IMG/VR virus record: IMGVR_UViG_3300032397_000006
Coordinates: 40,086 to 104,085 of that record
Source: a virus
Strand: one strand, 5' to 3'
DNA: 64,000 bases
The position numbers were made by a program, and so were the translations under genes. The notes below the pieces were generated by a model, which saw only the letters and a program-made list of their open reading frames with translations, had not been told where the DNA came from and made no database searches. Each line of letters begins with the position of its first letter. Position 1 is the first letter of the stretch. Shown here in pieces: positions 34,415 through 44,048 of the stretch.

Positions 34415-37332
34415 ACCCTCACCAGCACCGAACCTTGCGGCGTCGAGCGCATTTCGATCACGTGATCAAATTCACCCTGAACGCTCAGATCGTGATCCAC
34501 CACAATCACGGTATCACGCTGCAGCGTGCGCAGCAGATTCACAGCTAGCGCTTTCTGCTGCGCGCCCAAATGCGTAGTGAGCTCATCGATCAAAAGCAAC
34601 TTCAGGCGCGAGCCTAGCCGCGAGAAAATAAGGGCTGCGATTCCGAATGGCGAAAACGAGAGCTCCGCGCAGCGACGCTCGCCGCCTGACAATTGCTCGT
34701 AACGTCGTTCTCTGATCTGTCGCGTGAACGGATCAAACTGCCGGAACAGCACGCGCAGATCGTCGTCACCCATCTCGAGCGCTACGTAAATCGAGCCCTG
34801 TGTCAGCTCACCGAGAAAGCGATTTACGTGCATTTCAAGATCCGAGATCGCCGAGCGCAGCACGAGGACGGGCAGTCCCTTTGCGCTGAACGCGCGCACC
34901 CAGAAAGAAAGCGCGCTCTCCTCAAGCTCTAGCGCCTGCCTTTCGTCTGTTAGCCGTTGAAGCTCAAGCGTTAACGCGCGCTCGCGTTCTTTCTGCTCGC
35001 TTTGCTTCACCAACCACGGATTAATCGCGCCCTTCATTTGCGCGAAACTGGCCGTAATTCGCGCGGTCTGCTGCTCAGCATTCGCCAAATTTGAACGCAG
35101 CTGTGCGAACGTGGTCAACGCTTGCGCGATCTGCGCGAGCGCGCGCTGTACGTCGTCGAGCTGCGCACGCACGCCCTGCCTTTGCGCGTCGTGCTCCGCC
35201 GTGAGCGCGCCCAGGGCTACAACGGCGTCGCTCATGCGTATATCGTAAGATCGGAGCTGATCACTCAGACCGTTGATCTCTCTTTCGAGCAGCTCTAAGT
35301 GCTCCTCCGCTGCCGGCGCGTCGAACAAGCGTTTGCACGTAGGGCACGCAACGCCTTGCCCCGCCTGCCGCGATTCCATCGCCTTCTGCAAATGTCGGCG
35401 TTTTTCGAGGCCTGCATTCTCGAGCGCCGTCTTTTCGGCGCGGTGCCCTGCCAGCTGCTGCTGCAGCTGCGCGATGCGCTCCGCTGCGGGAAACCGCACG
35501 AGCTGATCAGACAGTAAGGTCCGGTGCGCCTCGTGCTGACCCCGCGAGAGCTGCCAGCTCTCCTCGCCCTCGAGCCCCTGTTTACACTGCGTAATCACAT
35601 TCTGATGATGCGCGTACTCTACAACGAGAGCATCCCATTGCGACGCTTGCTCACTATCCCAGCGCTGCGCGGCTGCGGTGTAGTCCTGCGTCTGAATTTC
35701 GCTAAGGCTCCCATTACAGGTAGAAACCTGATGCTTCGTTGTGTCGAGCCGCGTCAAAACACGTGCGAGACGTTCCCTTGTCAATTTCGCCGCGGGCTCA
35801 CACGCGTCAAGCCCGTACGCAGTCGACAGAATTTCTTTTCTCCGCTTGTCTGCTGCGATCAAGAAATTCCCGACTGCACCCTGACCGAGCGACACGCACG
35901 CGCGCCATAGCGTGAAATCGAGCCCTATTACTCGGTCAATCCGTTCCTGCTGATCACGCACACCGTCCGCGTCGGCCGCTCCCTCGATCGTTACCTTCGC
36001 GCCCTTACCTCGCTTTTTCACGCGCTCCACTGAAAAGGGCTGATCGTCTACGAGCAGAAAAACATGCACGCTCGTACTCGAGGCGTCATCGTGGATCACG
36101 TCGTCGCCAGATAATGACGGCGCATCAGCCCCTACTTTACGCGGGGTTGTTGCGCCGTAGAAACACCACGTGATCGCGTCGAGCAGCGCTGTTTTTCCAA
36201 CGCCTTGATCTCCGCGCAATAGCAGTAGCCCTTGCTCCGCAAGGTCAATGGAAACCTCCCCGCGCAACGCACAGAAGTCACGCGCGGTAGCTCTCACAAA
36301 TTGAACCGTCTGCCCGATCGGTGCGAGATTCCGGACCTGAGAAACATCGTGCAGTAGTGCGTGCCCGAGCTCGACAAGTTGTTCTGCCGGCATCGCGGGC
36401 AACGGATCAGCAAGCGACACGTAGACAGGCAGCGCCGCTTCAAGCGCCATCGCCGTAGCGGAGCTCGATTGGCTTTCCGCGCGCACAGGACGAGGGCGCA
36501 CGTCGCGCGCGGGCAGAAGTGCTAGCGACGACTCGAGTACGCCCTGAGGCGTCTCTGCTGGCCACAGCACCTCGACAACATCCTGTGCACGCACGCTTGC
36601 CGCACGCACGGGGATCTCGTGCAGATCCATCCGTACGTGTTTCGGCATGTCGTCGAAATCCACGAAATACGGCTTGATATCGTGCGACGTGACGATCGCA
36701 ACACCGTGAGGCGTGTCCCGCTCGCCAAAATTCATTTCAAACGGCGAACCTACGTACCAGGTGCAAGCGCCTAGCTGCTGGCGCTTATGATAATGCCCCA
36801 CGTAGCAAGCGCGAGCGCAGGCCTCGATATCAACGAGCGTCACTCTGCCGGCCGCGACGTGAGCCTGATTCGTAACCGCGCCCTGCACCTCAGCATGCGC
36901 AAAGATCGTCCACTTCTCATCTCCCGCAAGCGCCCAGAACAATTCAGCCTGCGCCTGCGGACTCTCACGCCACGGCAAGAACACCGTGCGTTCTTCGAAA
37001 CGCACCATCGGCTCGGTGGCGACTTGGATATTAGGAAACGCTGAAAACACGTCGACACCGTGCACGGTGCCGTCGACAGTCACCTGATCGTGGTTGCCCG
37101 GAATCAGGATCAGGTCGAGGTTATCCTTTTGCCACTGCTCGAATTCGCGCTGCACCGCGTGCAGCTGGCGCACCTGCAGAGTACCGCGCCGTTCCCAGAA
37201 ATCACCCAGGCACACAACCTTAGATCTCGTTTTCAACGCGAGTCGGCGAACACGCTGCAGCACTTCAAGGCAACGATCTAGCGTGCGCGCCTCGACGTGC
37301 AGATCTGTAAACACCACGTAGCTGAAATTCAC
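34411..37332 (-). CDS. SbcD(Mre11)-SbcC(Rad50) single-chain fusion nuclease/ATPase
   Basis: TDLH, LGDFW, GNHD, GHYH, then GDQGVGKT, Q-loop, CPTC hook, LSGGE, LLLIDE, VDH in one ORF. Confidence 0.88.
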   Translation of the reverse strand: MNFSYVVFTDLHVEARTLDRCLEVLQRVRRLALKTRSKVVCLGDFWERRGTLQVRQLHAVQREFEQWQKDNLDLILIPGNHDQVTVDGTVHGVDVFSAFPNIQVATEPMVRFEERTVFLPWRESPQAQAELFWALAGDEKWTIFAHAEVQGAVTNQAHVAAGRVTLVDIEACARACYVGHYHKRQQLGACTWYVGSPFEMNFGERDTPHGVAIVTSHDIKPYFVDFDDMPKHVRMDLHEIPVRAASVRAQDVVEVLWPAETPQGVLESSLALLPARDVRPRPVRAESQSSSATAMALEAALPVYVSLADPLPAMPAEQLVELGHALLHDVSQVRNLAPIGQTVQFVRATARDFCALRGEVSIDLAEQGLLLLRGDQGVGKTALLDAITWCFYGATTPRKVGADAPSLSGDDVIHDDASSTSVHVFLLVDDQPFSVERVKKRGKGAKVTIEGAADADGVRDQQERIDRVIGLDFTLWRACVSLGQGAVGNFLIAADKRRKEILSTAYGLDACEPAAKLTRERLARVLTRLDTTKHQVSTCNGSLSEIQTQDYTAAAQRWDSEQASQWDALVVEYAHHQNVITQCKQGLEGEESWQLSRGQHEAHRTLLSDQLVRFPAAERIAQLQQQLAGHRAEKTALENAGLEKRRHLQKAMESRQAGQGVACPTCKRLFDAPAAEEHLELLEREINGLSDQLRSYDIRMSDAVVALGALTAEHDAQRQGVRAQLDDVQRALAQIAQALTTFAQLRSNLANAEQQTARITASFAQMKGAINPWLVKQSEQKERERALTLELQRLTDERQALELEESALSFWVRAFSAKGLPVLVLRSAISDLEMHVNRFLGELTQGSIYVALEMGDDDLRVLFRQFDPFTRQIRERRYEQLSGGERRCAELSFSPFGIAALIFSRLGSRLKLLLIDELTTHLGAQQKALAVNLLRTLQRDTVIVVDHDLSVQGEFDHVIEMRSTPQGSVLVRV

Positions 37333-38945
37333 GACTGCTCACTTTCCTGCAAGAACAGCGTAGCAAGCAACTCGTAAAGCTTCGGTTGCTCGCGCAGTAA
37401 TGCGCTGAATCCTAAATAGGTGCCTTGCCACTGCTGCACCTCGCCTGTATCCGGCATCGTCAGATAACACCAGGATCCGCGCTGCTCGATCCAGCGGTGT
37501 TTCTCCCCGACGCCATTTACCTTGCCCCATTCAAACAGCGTCCACGCGTTGTCGAAGCCACTACCGAAGATCAGCCCGAGCTCGATCGGAGGCTTCGGGC
37601 TGCCAAGGCGCGTCTTTCGCATCTTGACGTTGACGATCTGGCCTACGTCCGTTGTGCCCGACTTGAGATAATTCCCTTTTGTCATCCACAGGCGTAGTGA
37701 CGTAAAATAGCGAACGCCTGATCCTCCGGAAGTAGCGAGGCCTCCCATACCTCCTATTTTCTCGTAGAATTGATTCGCGAACACGAGGCAGCCGCGGAGC
37801 TCGTTAAGTCGCATACACAAGCGCCTGAAATTCTGCTTAATCATGATCGCTTGCGTTGCGACGTGCCGATCATCCGCTGCACCTTCGAGCTCTGCCTTCG
37901 TGGGAGTGCCGCCGAGCGAATCCCAAAACAACATGAAGGGTCGCGCCCGTGCTTCACCCTCGAGCATGATCGCTTCCTGCACCGCAAGCATACTGTCAGC
38001 CGCCTCGAAACCCTGTTCCAGTGTGTCGATCGAAGCGATAATCAATTCGTCGAGATTTACACCGAGGCGCCTCGTGTATTCGCGGTCGCGCGCTTTCTCG
38101 CTATCGATCAACGCCACGATCGCGCCAGACTGCTGCGCCATAGCAATGGACTGATCAATAAGGGTCGAATTGTGAGTAACGATAAAGTCTTCGATTACGA
38201 ACAAGCCGTCAGCCGCTTCGACACGAATACACTGACACTCGGCCTCCCCTGCAGGTTCAATCGAAGTTAGTACACGGGAAGGAAAAAGAGAATCTGTCCA
38301 CTTCAGCTCGTTTGTCGAAGATGCCGCGGACTGCATAATAGGAATCGAAACCTTAGTGTGCTGCAATTCACGTAGCGGTCTCGTGCTAACGGTACCGTCG
38401 TAATAATTACGCACTGTCCACAGATGATCGGCGGTGCTGTGTGTCTGCGCCCCGTCTGAAAACGTAAGCCTGTAAATAGGCTGCAGCCCTTGCGGATACA
38501 CGCCTAGCACCTTCGTCGGGAGCCCATTCTGCCCCAGCACAGAACTGCCCTCTTTAACATCCCGCATGGGAACAAAACCAGCCGGCGTGAGCACAGGCGT
38601 ATCCAGGCTGAGCGCTTTGCCGATATTCTCCCACGCGGCGAGCTCTACAATTCGACCTACCGGGTACCCTCCGCCGATGAATTTGTCGAGCTCTAGTAAT
38701 CCGGTACTTACGCGCTCTTTTACGGGCTGCAAACCCGCGTCCTCGTCGGCCGCGAGTACGAATGCGATATCGCTGTCAGCAGACCTCGATCTACTTTTCA
38801 GAGACATTAGCCGCGCTAAATAAGAGTCTACCGCGTAGCTTCCCCCTACTACCTTCGACGCTTTCTTTCTGCGCTTAGGTGCAGGATCGGCTAACTCAGC
38901 CTCGGCTGCCACAGCGGCAGCTTTCGGCTTCTTTCGTCCCTTCAC
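37329..38945 (-). CDS. recA: RecA-like recombinase with intein
   Basis: STG..ELD..IGGGYPVGRIVE, GK|ST, IDSE, WDS, FANQ, SGG.GVRYFTSLR. Confidence 0.9.
   Translation of the reverse strand: MKGRKKPKAAAVAAEAELADPAPKRRKKASKVVGGSYAVDSYLARLMSLKSRSRSADSDIAFVLAADEDAGLQPVKERVSTGLLELDKFIGGGYPVGRIVELAAWENIGKALSLDTPVLTPAGFVPMRDVKEGSSVLGQNGLPTKVLGVYPQGLQPIYRLTFSDGAQTHSTADHLWTVRNYYDGTVSTRPLRELQHTKVSIPIMQSAASSTNELKWTDSLFPSRVLTSIEPAGEAECQCIRVEAADGLFVIEDFIVTHNSTLIDQSIAMAQQSGAIVALIDSEKARDREYTRRLGVNLDELIIASIDTLEQGFEAADSMLAVQEAIMLEGEARARPFMLFWDSLGGTPTKAELEGAADDRHVATQAIMIKQNFRRLCMRLNELRGCLVFANQFYEKIGGMGGLATSGGSGVRYFTSLRLWMTKGNYLKSGTTDVGQIVNVKMRKTRLGSPKPPIELGLIFGSGFDNAWTLFEWGKVNGVGEKHRWIEQRGSWCYLTMPDTGEVQQWQGTYLGFSALLREQPKLYELLATLFLQESEQS
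38169..38615 (-). mobile_element. 149-aa mini-intein (Ala1, class 3-type) in RecA Walker A
   Basis: GK|ALSLDTPVLTP...TADHLW...ECQCIRV...FIVTHN|ST; no homing endonuclease. Confidence 0.9.
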
Positions 38946-38954
38946 GTTAACACC

Positions 38955-40499
38955 TCAGAACGGAATGGAATCTCTACCCACAAGCTGCTCAAGCTGATCA
39001 GGTGTCATCGGGCCGTTAGGCTGAGGCACAGCTCCTAGGCCAGGAGGTAAGCCCGGGGCTACTTGCTGCGGAAATGCCGGAGCTCCGGGCGGCCCTACAG
39101 GGGGCAAATTGGGAGCGGTACGCGGCGGCTGCCACGCCTGAGGTGGTTGCTGCGGTGGCGCCTGCGGCGGCTGCCACGCCTGAGGTGGTTGCTGCGGTGG
39201 CGCCTGCGGCGGCTGCCACGCCTGAGGTGGTTGCTGCGGTGGCGCCTGCGGCGGCTGCCCGTAGGAGGGAGGCTGCCCGTGCTGCGCGGGCTGCGGTGTG
39301 TACGCGGCAGCGTGCGGGGCAACCTGTCCGTAAGCTACAGGCGGAGGGGGCGCGGCCTGACCGTAAGGCGCCGCCGCACCCTGCATCGGTCGCGTCTGCT
39401 GGTAGCGCGGATTGTACTCAGTCCCCGGGCCCGGGTTGTTTTGCATCCAGTCGCCAGCCCCGCGGGACTGCACAAGCACCGCGCGCAGAACGTCCGCTAG
39501 CGCGTGCATTTCCTCCGCAGGCTTGAAATGGATCAACTGATCATAGAGCGGGAACAGGTGGTAAAGCGCACTCTCGTAAGTGCTGCCGCGAAGCGGCAAA
39601 ACATCCTCAATATAAGCTGCGTACTCGACCTCGAGGTCGCCCGCTCCCATTTTCGTACGCACTAGCTTGACGACGTAACCGCGATCCACGTGCGTAGGAT
39701 CGACGTTATGCGCACGTGGATCGTCCATCAGCTGAGCGACCTTACGGTACGCGGTATTGTTCATGCTGATCACGCCAGGCTGAATTTTCAGAACGGGCTG
39801 TCCGTTGGCGTCGTATTGCGGGCGTCCGTCCGGCTGCAGAACAGGCACGTAATGTCGAGCAGGATTCCCTAGATCGAGCACGAGGGCGTAGATCTTTTTC
39901 GTAGCACCGCAGACGCTACGGTAGCGCTTCAAGGCCTCGCCATCCTCGCCGAGCGATTTACGAATCGCGCAAATCGGACAATCCCCGGGACCGCCCACCG
40001 AATCGTAGCAGTCTACGAACAGCATCTGTCTTTTCGGATTCTGCGCTTGCAGTGCAGGGACGTGCTTAAGCATGATCTTGTGCTTCGCGCCGAGCACGAA
40101 GTGATCCCGTTTATCGAGGACGGGCAGAAAACGCAGATAAAGCACGTTCTGCGATCCGACATGGCGATCGAGCTTCCCCATGTCTACCCAGATCACATCT
40201 TCTCTGCTGTCCGACTGAAAGAAATTGTGCCTCATTTTCGGAGGCTCCTCGAAAGCGGGTAACGCTTTCGGCGGCTCTTGTCGCGGCTGCTGCGCGGGGG
40301 CATAGGCAGGCGCGGGAGGCTGAGCTCCGTAAGCGGGAGGCTGGTACGACGCAGGTGCAGGCGGTGCGCCGTACGGGGCCTGATACGGCGCGGGCGCGGG
40401 AGGGCGAGCCAATTCTTGAGCCTGCGCCTCAGAGATCCATTGATTCGTCTGTGTATCGAACAGGTAGCCCGGGTATTGTGGGTGTTGCTGAAATCTCAC
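38955..40499 (-). CDS. gp32-like ssDNA-binding protein with Pro/Gln-rich termini
   Basis: LRFLP...H...C....DCPIC...IYALVLD; C-terminal DSIPF tail; position in the recombination operon. Confidence 0.65.
   Translation of the reverse strand: MRFQQHPQYPGYLFDTQTNQWISEAQAQELARPPAPAPYQAPYGAPPAPASYQPPAYGAQPPAPAYAPAQQPRQEPPKALPAFEEPPKMRHNFFQSDSREDVIWVDMGKLDRHVGSQNVLYLRFLPVLDKRDHFVLGAKHKIMLKHVPALQAQNPKRQMLFVDCYDSVGGPGDCPICAIRKSLGEDGEALKRYRSVCGATKKIYALVLDLGNPARHYVPVLQPDGRPQYDANGQPVLKIQPGVISMNNTAYRKVAQLMDDPRAHNVDPTHVDRGYVVKLVRTKMGAGDLEVEYAAYIEDVLPLRGSTYESALYHLFPLYDQLIHFKPAEEMHALADVLRAVLVQSRGAGDWMQNNPGPGTEYNPRYQQTRPMQGAAAPYGQAAPPPPVAYGQVAPHAAAYTPQPAQHGQPPSYGQPPQAPPQQPPQAWQPPQAPPQQPPQAWQPPQAPPQQPPQAWQPPRTAPNLPPVGPPGAPAFPQQVAPGLPPGLGAVPQPNGPMTPDQLEQLVGRDSIPF
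39123..39259. repeat. 42-bp tandem repeat x3 (QPPQAPPQQPPQAW)
   Basis: cggcggctgccacgcctgaggtggttgctgcggtggcgcctg repeated exactly. Confidence 0.95.
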
Positions 40500-40504
40500 G
40501 TTCG

Positions 40505-41089
40505 TTATCCCTTCGGCATGTACGGTTTAGGGGGCTGCGAAACCACGGGAGGCGCACCGCGTGGCATCTGGAATGTTTCCGGTACGCGATCTTCGACCGC
40601 GAAGTTAGCCTGCGAACGCGCGAGCGCTTGGTACTGATCGCGGATCACGTTGGCCTTAATGGCGAACGCCTTTTGTACGTCCTCCATCACGCCAGCGATA
40701 GCACGCAACCGAGCACCTTCCGTAGACATCGCCTGATAATCAGGCAGTCCGCGATAATGATCCTCGACCTCGGCGACTGTGAATTTCGTGCCCTTACTGC
40801 CCGCACGCAATTGCGCGCTCTGTCCACTTTTCCATTTCGCGTAGGCGAAGTCTGCGCGCTCGGCAGCGAGCTCAGCGCCGCGGCGAGCTCGTGAAAACGT
40901 CGCATACTGAGCTGCAACGAGCTGCGCCTCCTGATGCAAGTGCGGCGTATCCACGACAAGCGACGCTAATACGTCGTCGCGATCAAGCTGAAAAGGTTCG
41001 CCTGTAATCGGGTCAGGCAACGTGACTTGAATCGGCATCGTTGCGCGCAAGACGCGCACGAGCTCTGCCGCCGAGTAGTAAGGCCCCAT
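40505..41089 (-). CDS. UvsY-like recombination mediator (putative)
   Basis: Helical protein between PolA and SSB/RecA; K.TVAEVE...Y pattern. Confidence 0.5.
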   Translation of the reverse strand: MGPYYSAAELVRVLRATMPIQVTLPDPITGEPFQLDRDDVLASLVVDTPHLHQEAQLVAAQYATFSRARRGAELAAERADFAYAKWKSGQSAQLRAGSKGTKFTVAEVEDHYRGLPDYQAMSTEGARLRAIAGVMEDVQKAFAIKANVIRDQYQALARSQANFAVEDRVPETFQMPRGAPPVVSQPPKPYMPKG

Positions 41090-41133
41090 CTCTTTATCGC
41101 TCCCCTCGAAAACGAGAGAGCGACACTAGCGAC

Positions 41134-43317
41134 TCACTCACCCAATTGCAAGCCTCCATCAGGCGTGATTTTCAATTCGCGCAAATGCTCCCAATCTACG
41201 GTCGCGAGTTTGCAAGCTACGCGGATCGGAACACCGCGATCCGAAAACATAGGCCAATCCTCCATCGTCCGCTTAATGTCGACCGCGAGGCTTGCCCAGC
41301 CGGCTGTGGCACGCAGATCGAACACAAGCTCGTCGTGAATAGACTGCACCATTTTCGACTCCGGCGACCGCGCACGCAGCAACGCATCGCAGCGCAGCAT
41401 GCACTCTTTCAGCAGATCAGCGGCTGTGCCTGAGATAATCGACGACATCATCCTGCGCTCGGCTCGCTCACGCTTCCACTGTTCAAATGCTCCGATTTCT
41501 GGCAAACGGCGCGGACGTCCGAACGGATTCACGAACATATTGCCGTGTGCACGCATGTCACGCGCGAATTCCAAACGAAAGCGTGGGACGCCTGCGTAGA
41601 CAATGAAGTAGCGGCGCAAGATCTGCCGTGCAAGCACGCGCGTGCCCTCAGGATCAGCGTAATAACCGCTAATTCTTTTCGCGAGCCCCACCTCAGTCAT
41701 GCCGTAGTTGTTTCCGAAATTGACCTGTTTCGCGATCTCCCGATCATCGTTCGTCACCTCGGCCGCGGTAATCGCGTGCACGTCGAGATCATTCGCGTAG
41801 CACTCGAGTAGCCGCGGATCGCGTGAAAACCAAGCGAGCACCCTCAGTTCGATCTGCGAGAAATCGAATAGCAGCCGCACAAATCCCTTCGGCACCGTAA
41901 AATAGCGACGAACCGAGATCGTGTCCGCGGGACCGATCAAAAGCTTTTCAGCCTCGTCGAGGTCCTTCGCCTGCTTACCTAGCTTTTCGGCGACACAAGC
42001 TGCGCAAGAACAACGGCGCAAGTGCACCGGCTTTTTCGCGCAGTTCTGAATGTTCGGATCACCTGAGGAAAGGCGGCCTGTTACAGGTACGCCTCCCTCG
42101 TCGCGGCGCTCGACCTGATTATAACTAGGGTGGATGCGCTCGGTCGTTTCAGACCAGTGACGCAAGAACGCATCGGTGTACGTCGACACGAGCTTTTCGA
42201 CACGGGCCGCTCGATCGACTGCCTTAATCAGTGGTGCAAATTCCGGGTACCTGTGCGCGAGCAATTGCCGGGCTTCCCGATCTGTACTGTCTGCGCCTGT
42301 TTTGGTTTGCTTTGGCGGCTCAAGCCCGAAGCGCTGGTAAAATAGCTCTTTTAGGAACTCAGGCGACAGCTCGATCGTCTCGATCGGAGCCTGCGGCGGG
42401 ACCGTTTCATCGAGCATGATATTAGCGAGACGTGTGGACTCGCCTACCCAATACGCTAAATCCTCGACACACGCGGCGTGCGCTCGCAAGATCTCCTGTC
42501 GGTCTGCGGGTAATCCCGTCCACTCCATTTCATGCAGTATGTGCATGACGCCGTGCTCGCGTTCGACGACGGCGGGATATTCATACTCGACCTTTGCGTA
42601 TTTGTCTGTGTACAGGTGCAGCGTGTAAAACACGTCCTTTGCGCCGTAGAAACCGCACAATGTAATGGGGGTGCGCGCGTAACCAAAACGCTCGAGATAG
42701 GTAGGCTCGTCGGGCTTATTTTTCGAGCGCTTCTTGTAGGAGAACTTCAAAATGCGCGCGTCTTTTTTCATCCACGCGTCGAGCTGCTTTTCCTCAGCCT
42801 CAGCATCTACGCAGCTGTATTTCGAAGCTAGTCGTTTCAGTCCGAAGCCTGTCTCATTCTCATTGTCGGCCGTCGCGAGAATCACAGTGTCTCGGATTTT
42901 CCGGCGTATGAAAATCCCGTCTGCCCGCGCCATAGCGAGATCGAATTTCGCATGATGCAGCACTGCCCTGTCCGTAGGCGAAATGCCGTCAAGCACTTCC
43001 TGCACCACAGGCACGACCACTTCGATCGGCAATTGCGGCAAACTCTCGTCATTCGTGTGCCGCACTGGAATGTAATAAGCGGTGATCACGTCCGGAGCGG
43101 TTAGCGCGGCCAAGCAATAGCCTATCGCTCGAGCTCCCAACGAGACCTTAAGCCCGCTTGTCTCCGTATCGAACGCAACCAGCGGCGCGTGCTTCAAGCG
43201 ACGAACGCCCTCGAGCTGCTCTGCCGTCGTGACGATCGTATACGAGAAAGTCAACAGCTTGCCGGTAACGGTCGGAATTACACAAGCGCCCTCAGTCGGT
43301 AGTTTCGCTGCCTCCAC
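41134..43317 (-). CDS. polA: DNA polymerase family A with 3'-5' exonuclease
   Basis: FDTETSG, HHAKFD, TGRLSS.DPNIQN, DFSQIELR, AKQVNFG..YG, IHDEL. Confidence 0.95.
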   Translation of the reverse strand: MEAAKLPTEGACVIPTVTGKLLTFSYTIVTTAEQLEGVRRLKHAPLVAFDTETSGLKVSLGARAIGYCLAALTAPDVITAYYIPVRHTNDESLPQLPIEVVVPVVQEVLDGISPTDRAVLHHAKFDLAMARADGIFIRRKIRDTVILATADNENETGFGLKRLASKYSCVDAEAEEKQLDAWMKKDARILKFSYKKRSKNKPDEPTYLERFGYARTPITLCGFYGAKDVFYTLHLYTDKYAKVEYEYPAVVEREHGVMHILHEMEWTGLPADRQEILRAHAACVEDLAYWVGESTRLANIMLDETVPPQAPIETIELSPEFLKELFYQRFGLEPPKQTKTGADSTDREARQLLAHRYPEFAPLIKAVDRAARVEKLVSTYTDAFLRHWSETTERIHPSYNQVERRDEGGVPVTGRLSSGDPNIQNCAKKPVHLRRCSCAACVAEKLGKQAKDLDEAEKLLIGPADTISVRRYFTVPKGFVRLLFDFSQIELRVLAWFSRDPRLLECYANDLDVHAITAAEVTNDDREIAKQVNFGNNYGMTEVGLAKRISGYYADPEGTRVLARQILRRYFIVYAGVPRFRLEFARDMRAHGNMFVNPFGRPRRLPEIGAFEQWKRERAERRMMSSIISGTAADLLKECMLRCDALLRARSPESKMVQSIHDELVFDLRATAGWASLAVDIKRTMEDWPMFSDRGVPIRVACKLATVDWEHLRELKITPDGGLQLGE

Positions 43318-43987
43318 GTAAGATCACCTCTCCTAGTTCGTTTCGTACCTCCGTTCGCTTGTGCGAAAGGTGGAAAAACTCATTACCAGACACGCTGCGT
43401 TTTTCTAGCGCAATCGCTGCAGTGCTCAGCGAGGGATATTTCGTACCTTCAACCTCGAAACCGTCCTCGCGTAGTACCACAATACTTTCGCTGCCATTCA
43501 ATTTGCGGCGCACAAGCTGCATTCCGATACGCAGCGGAATCGACTGGCCTATGCGGACGCCGCGATCTTTATAGCCGTGGGGGCCCTGCAGCTGGGCGAG
43601 CATATACTCAGGCGCGATCGTGCCAGCCTGCGCTTTCCACTCGCGGCGCACTCGCTTTTTCGCCTTCGGCTCAATAGGCGTCGTGTGCCGCAACGCGAGC
43701 GGGATCGGAGCATCGCCCAGAGCATGCCTGCGCAGCATTCGATTAATCCCCGTGCTGTAATTGATCAGGCCTCGCGAAAGCGCGAGCACTTCCTGATCGA
43801 CCTCTAGCCCGTGAGAAGGGCCTAGGCCCTTTTCGATCGAAGCGGGTAAACACGAGAACTTATCGCGGCAATTAGGACACGCGGTGCTCCGTGCAGAATA
43901 GCCCTCAGGCGCTTCGCCTAACGCGTGGCATTCTGGAAGCCATTGCGGATCTACCGCAGGCACTCCTGGTAATAATCCCATCGTCAC
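43292..43987 (-). CDS. Cys-motif protein with C-terminal DUF2924-like domain
   Basis: CPNCRDKFSC; LVR..NG....V....GFEVEG.KY.SLS.AA......SGNEFF. Confidence 0.55.
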   Translation of the reverse strand: MTMGLLPGVPAVDPQWLPECHALGEAPEGYSARSTACPNCRDKFSCLPASIEKGLGPSHGLEVDQEVLALSRGLINYSTGINRMLRRHALGDAPIPLALRHTTPIEPKAKKRVRREWKAQAGTIAPEYMLAQLQGPHGYKDRGVRIGQSIPLRIGMQLVRRKLNGSESIVVLREDGFEVEGTKYPSLSTAAIALEKRSVSGNEFFHLSHKRTEVRNELGEVILRGGSETTD

Positions 43988-44048
43988 CCCTTGATCGAAC
44001 GGTTATCACTCCGAGCTATAGGGCAACGCGCGCGATTGCGCAAGAGAT

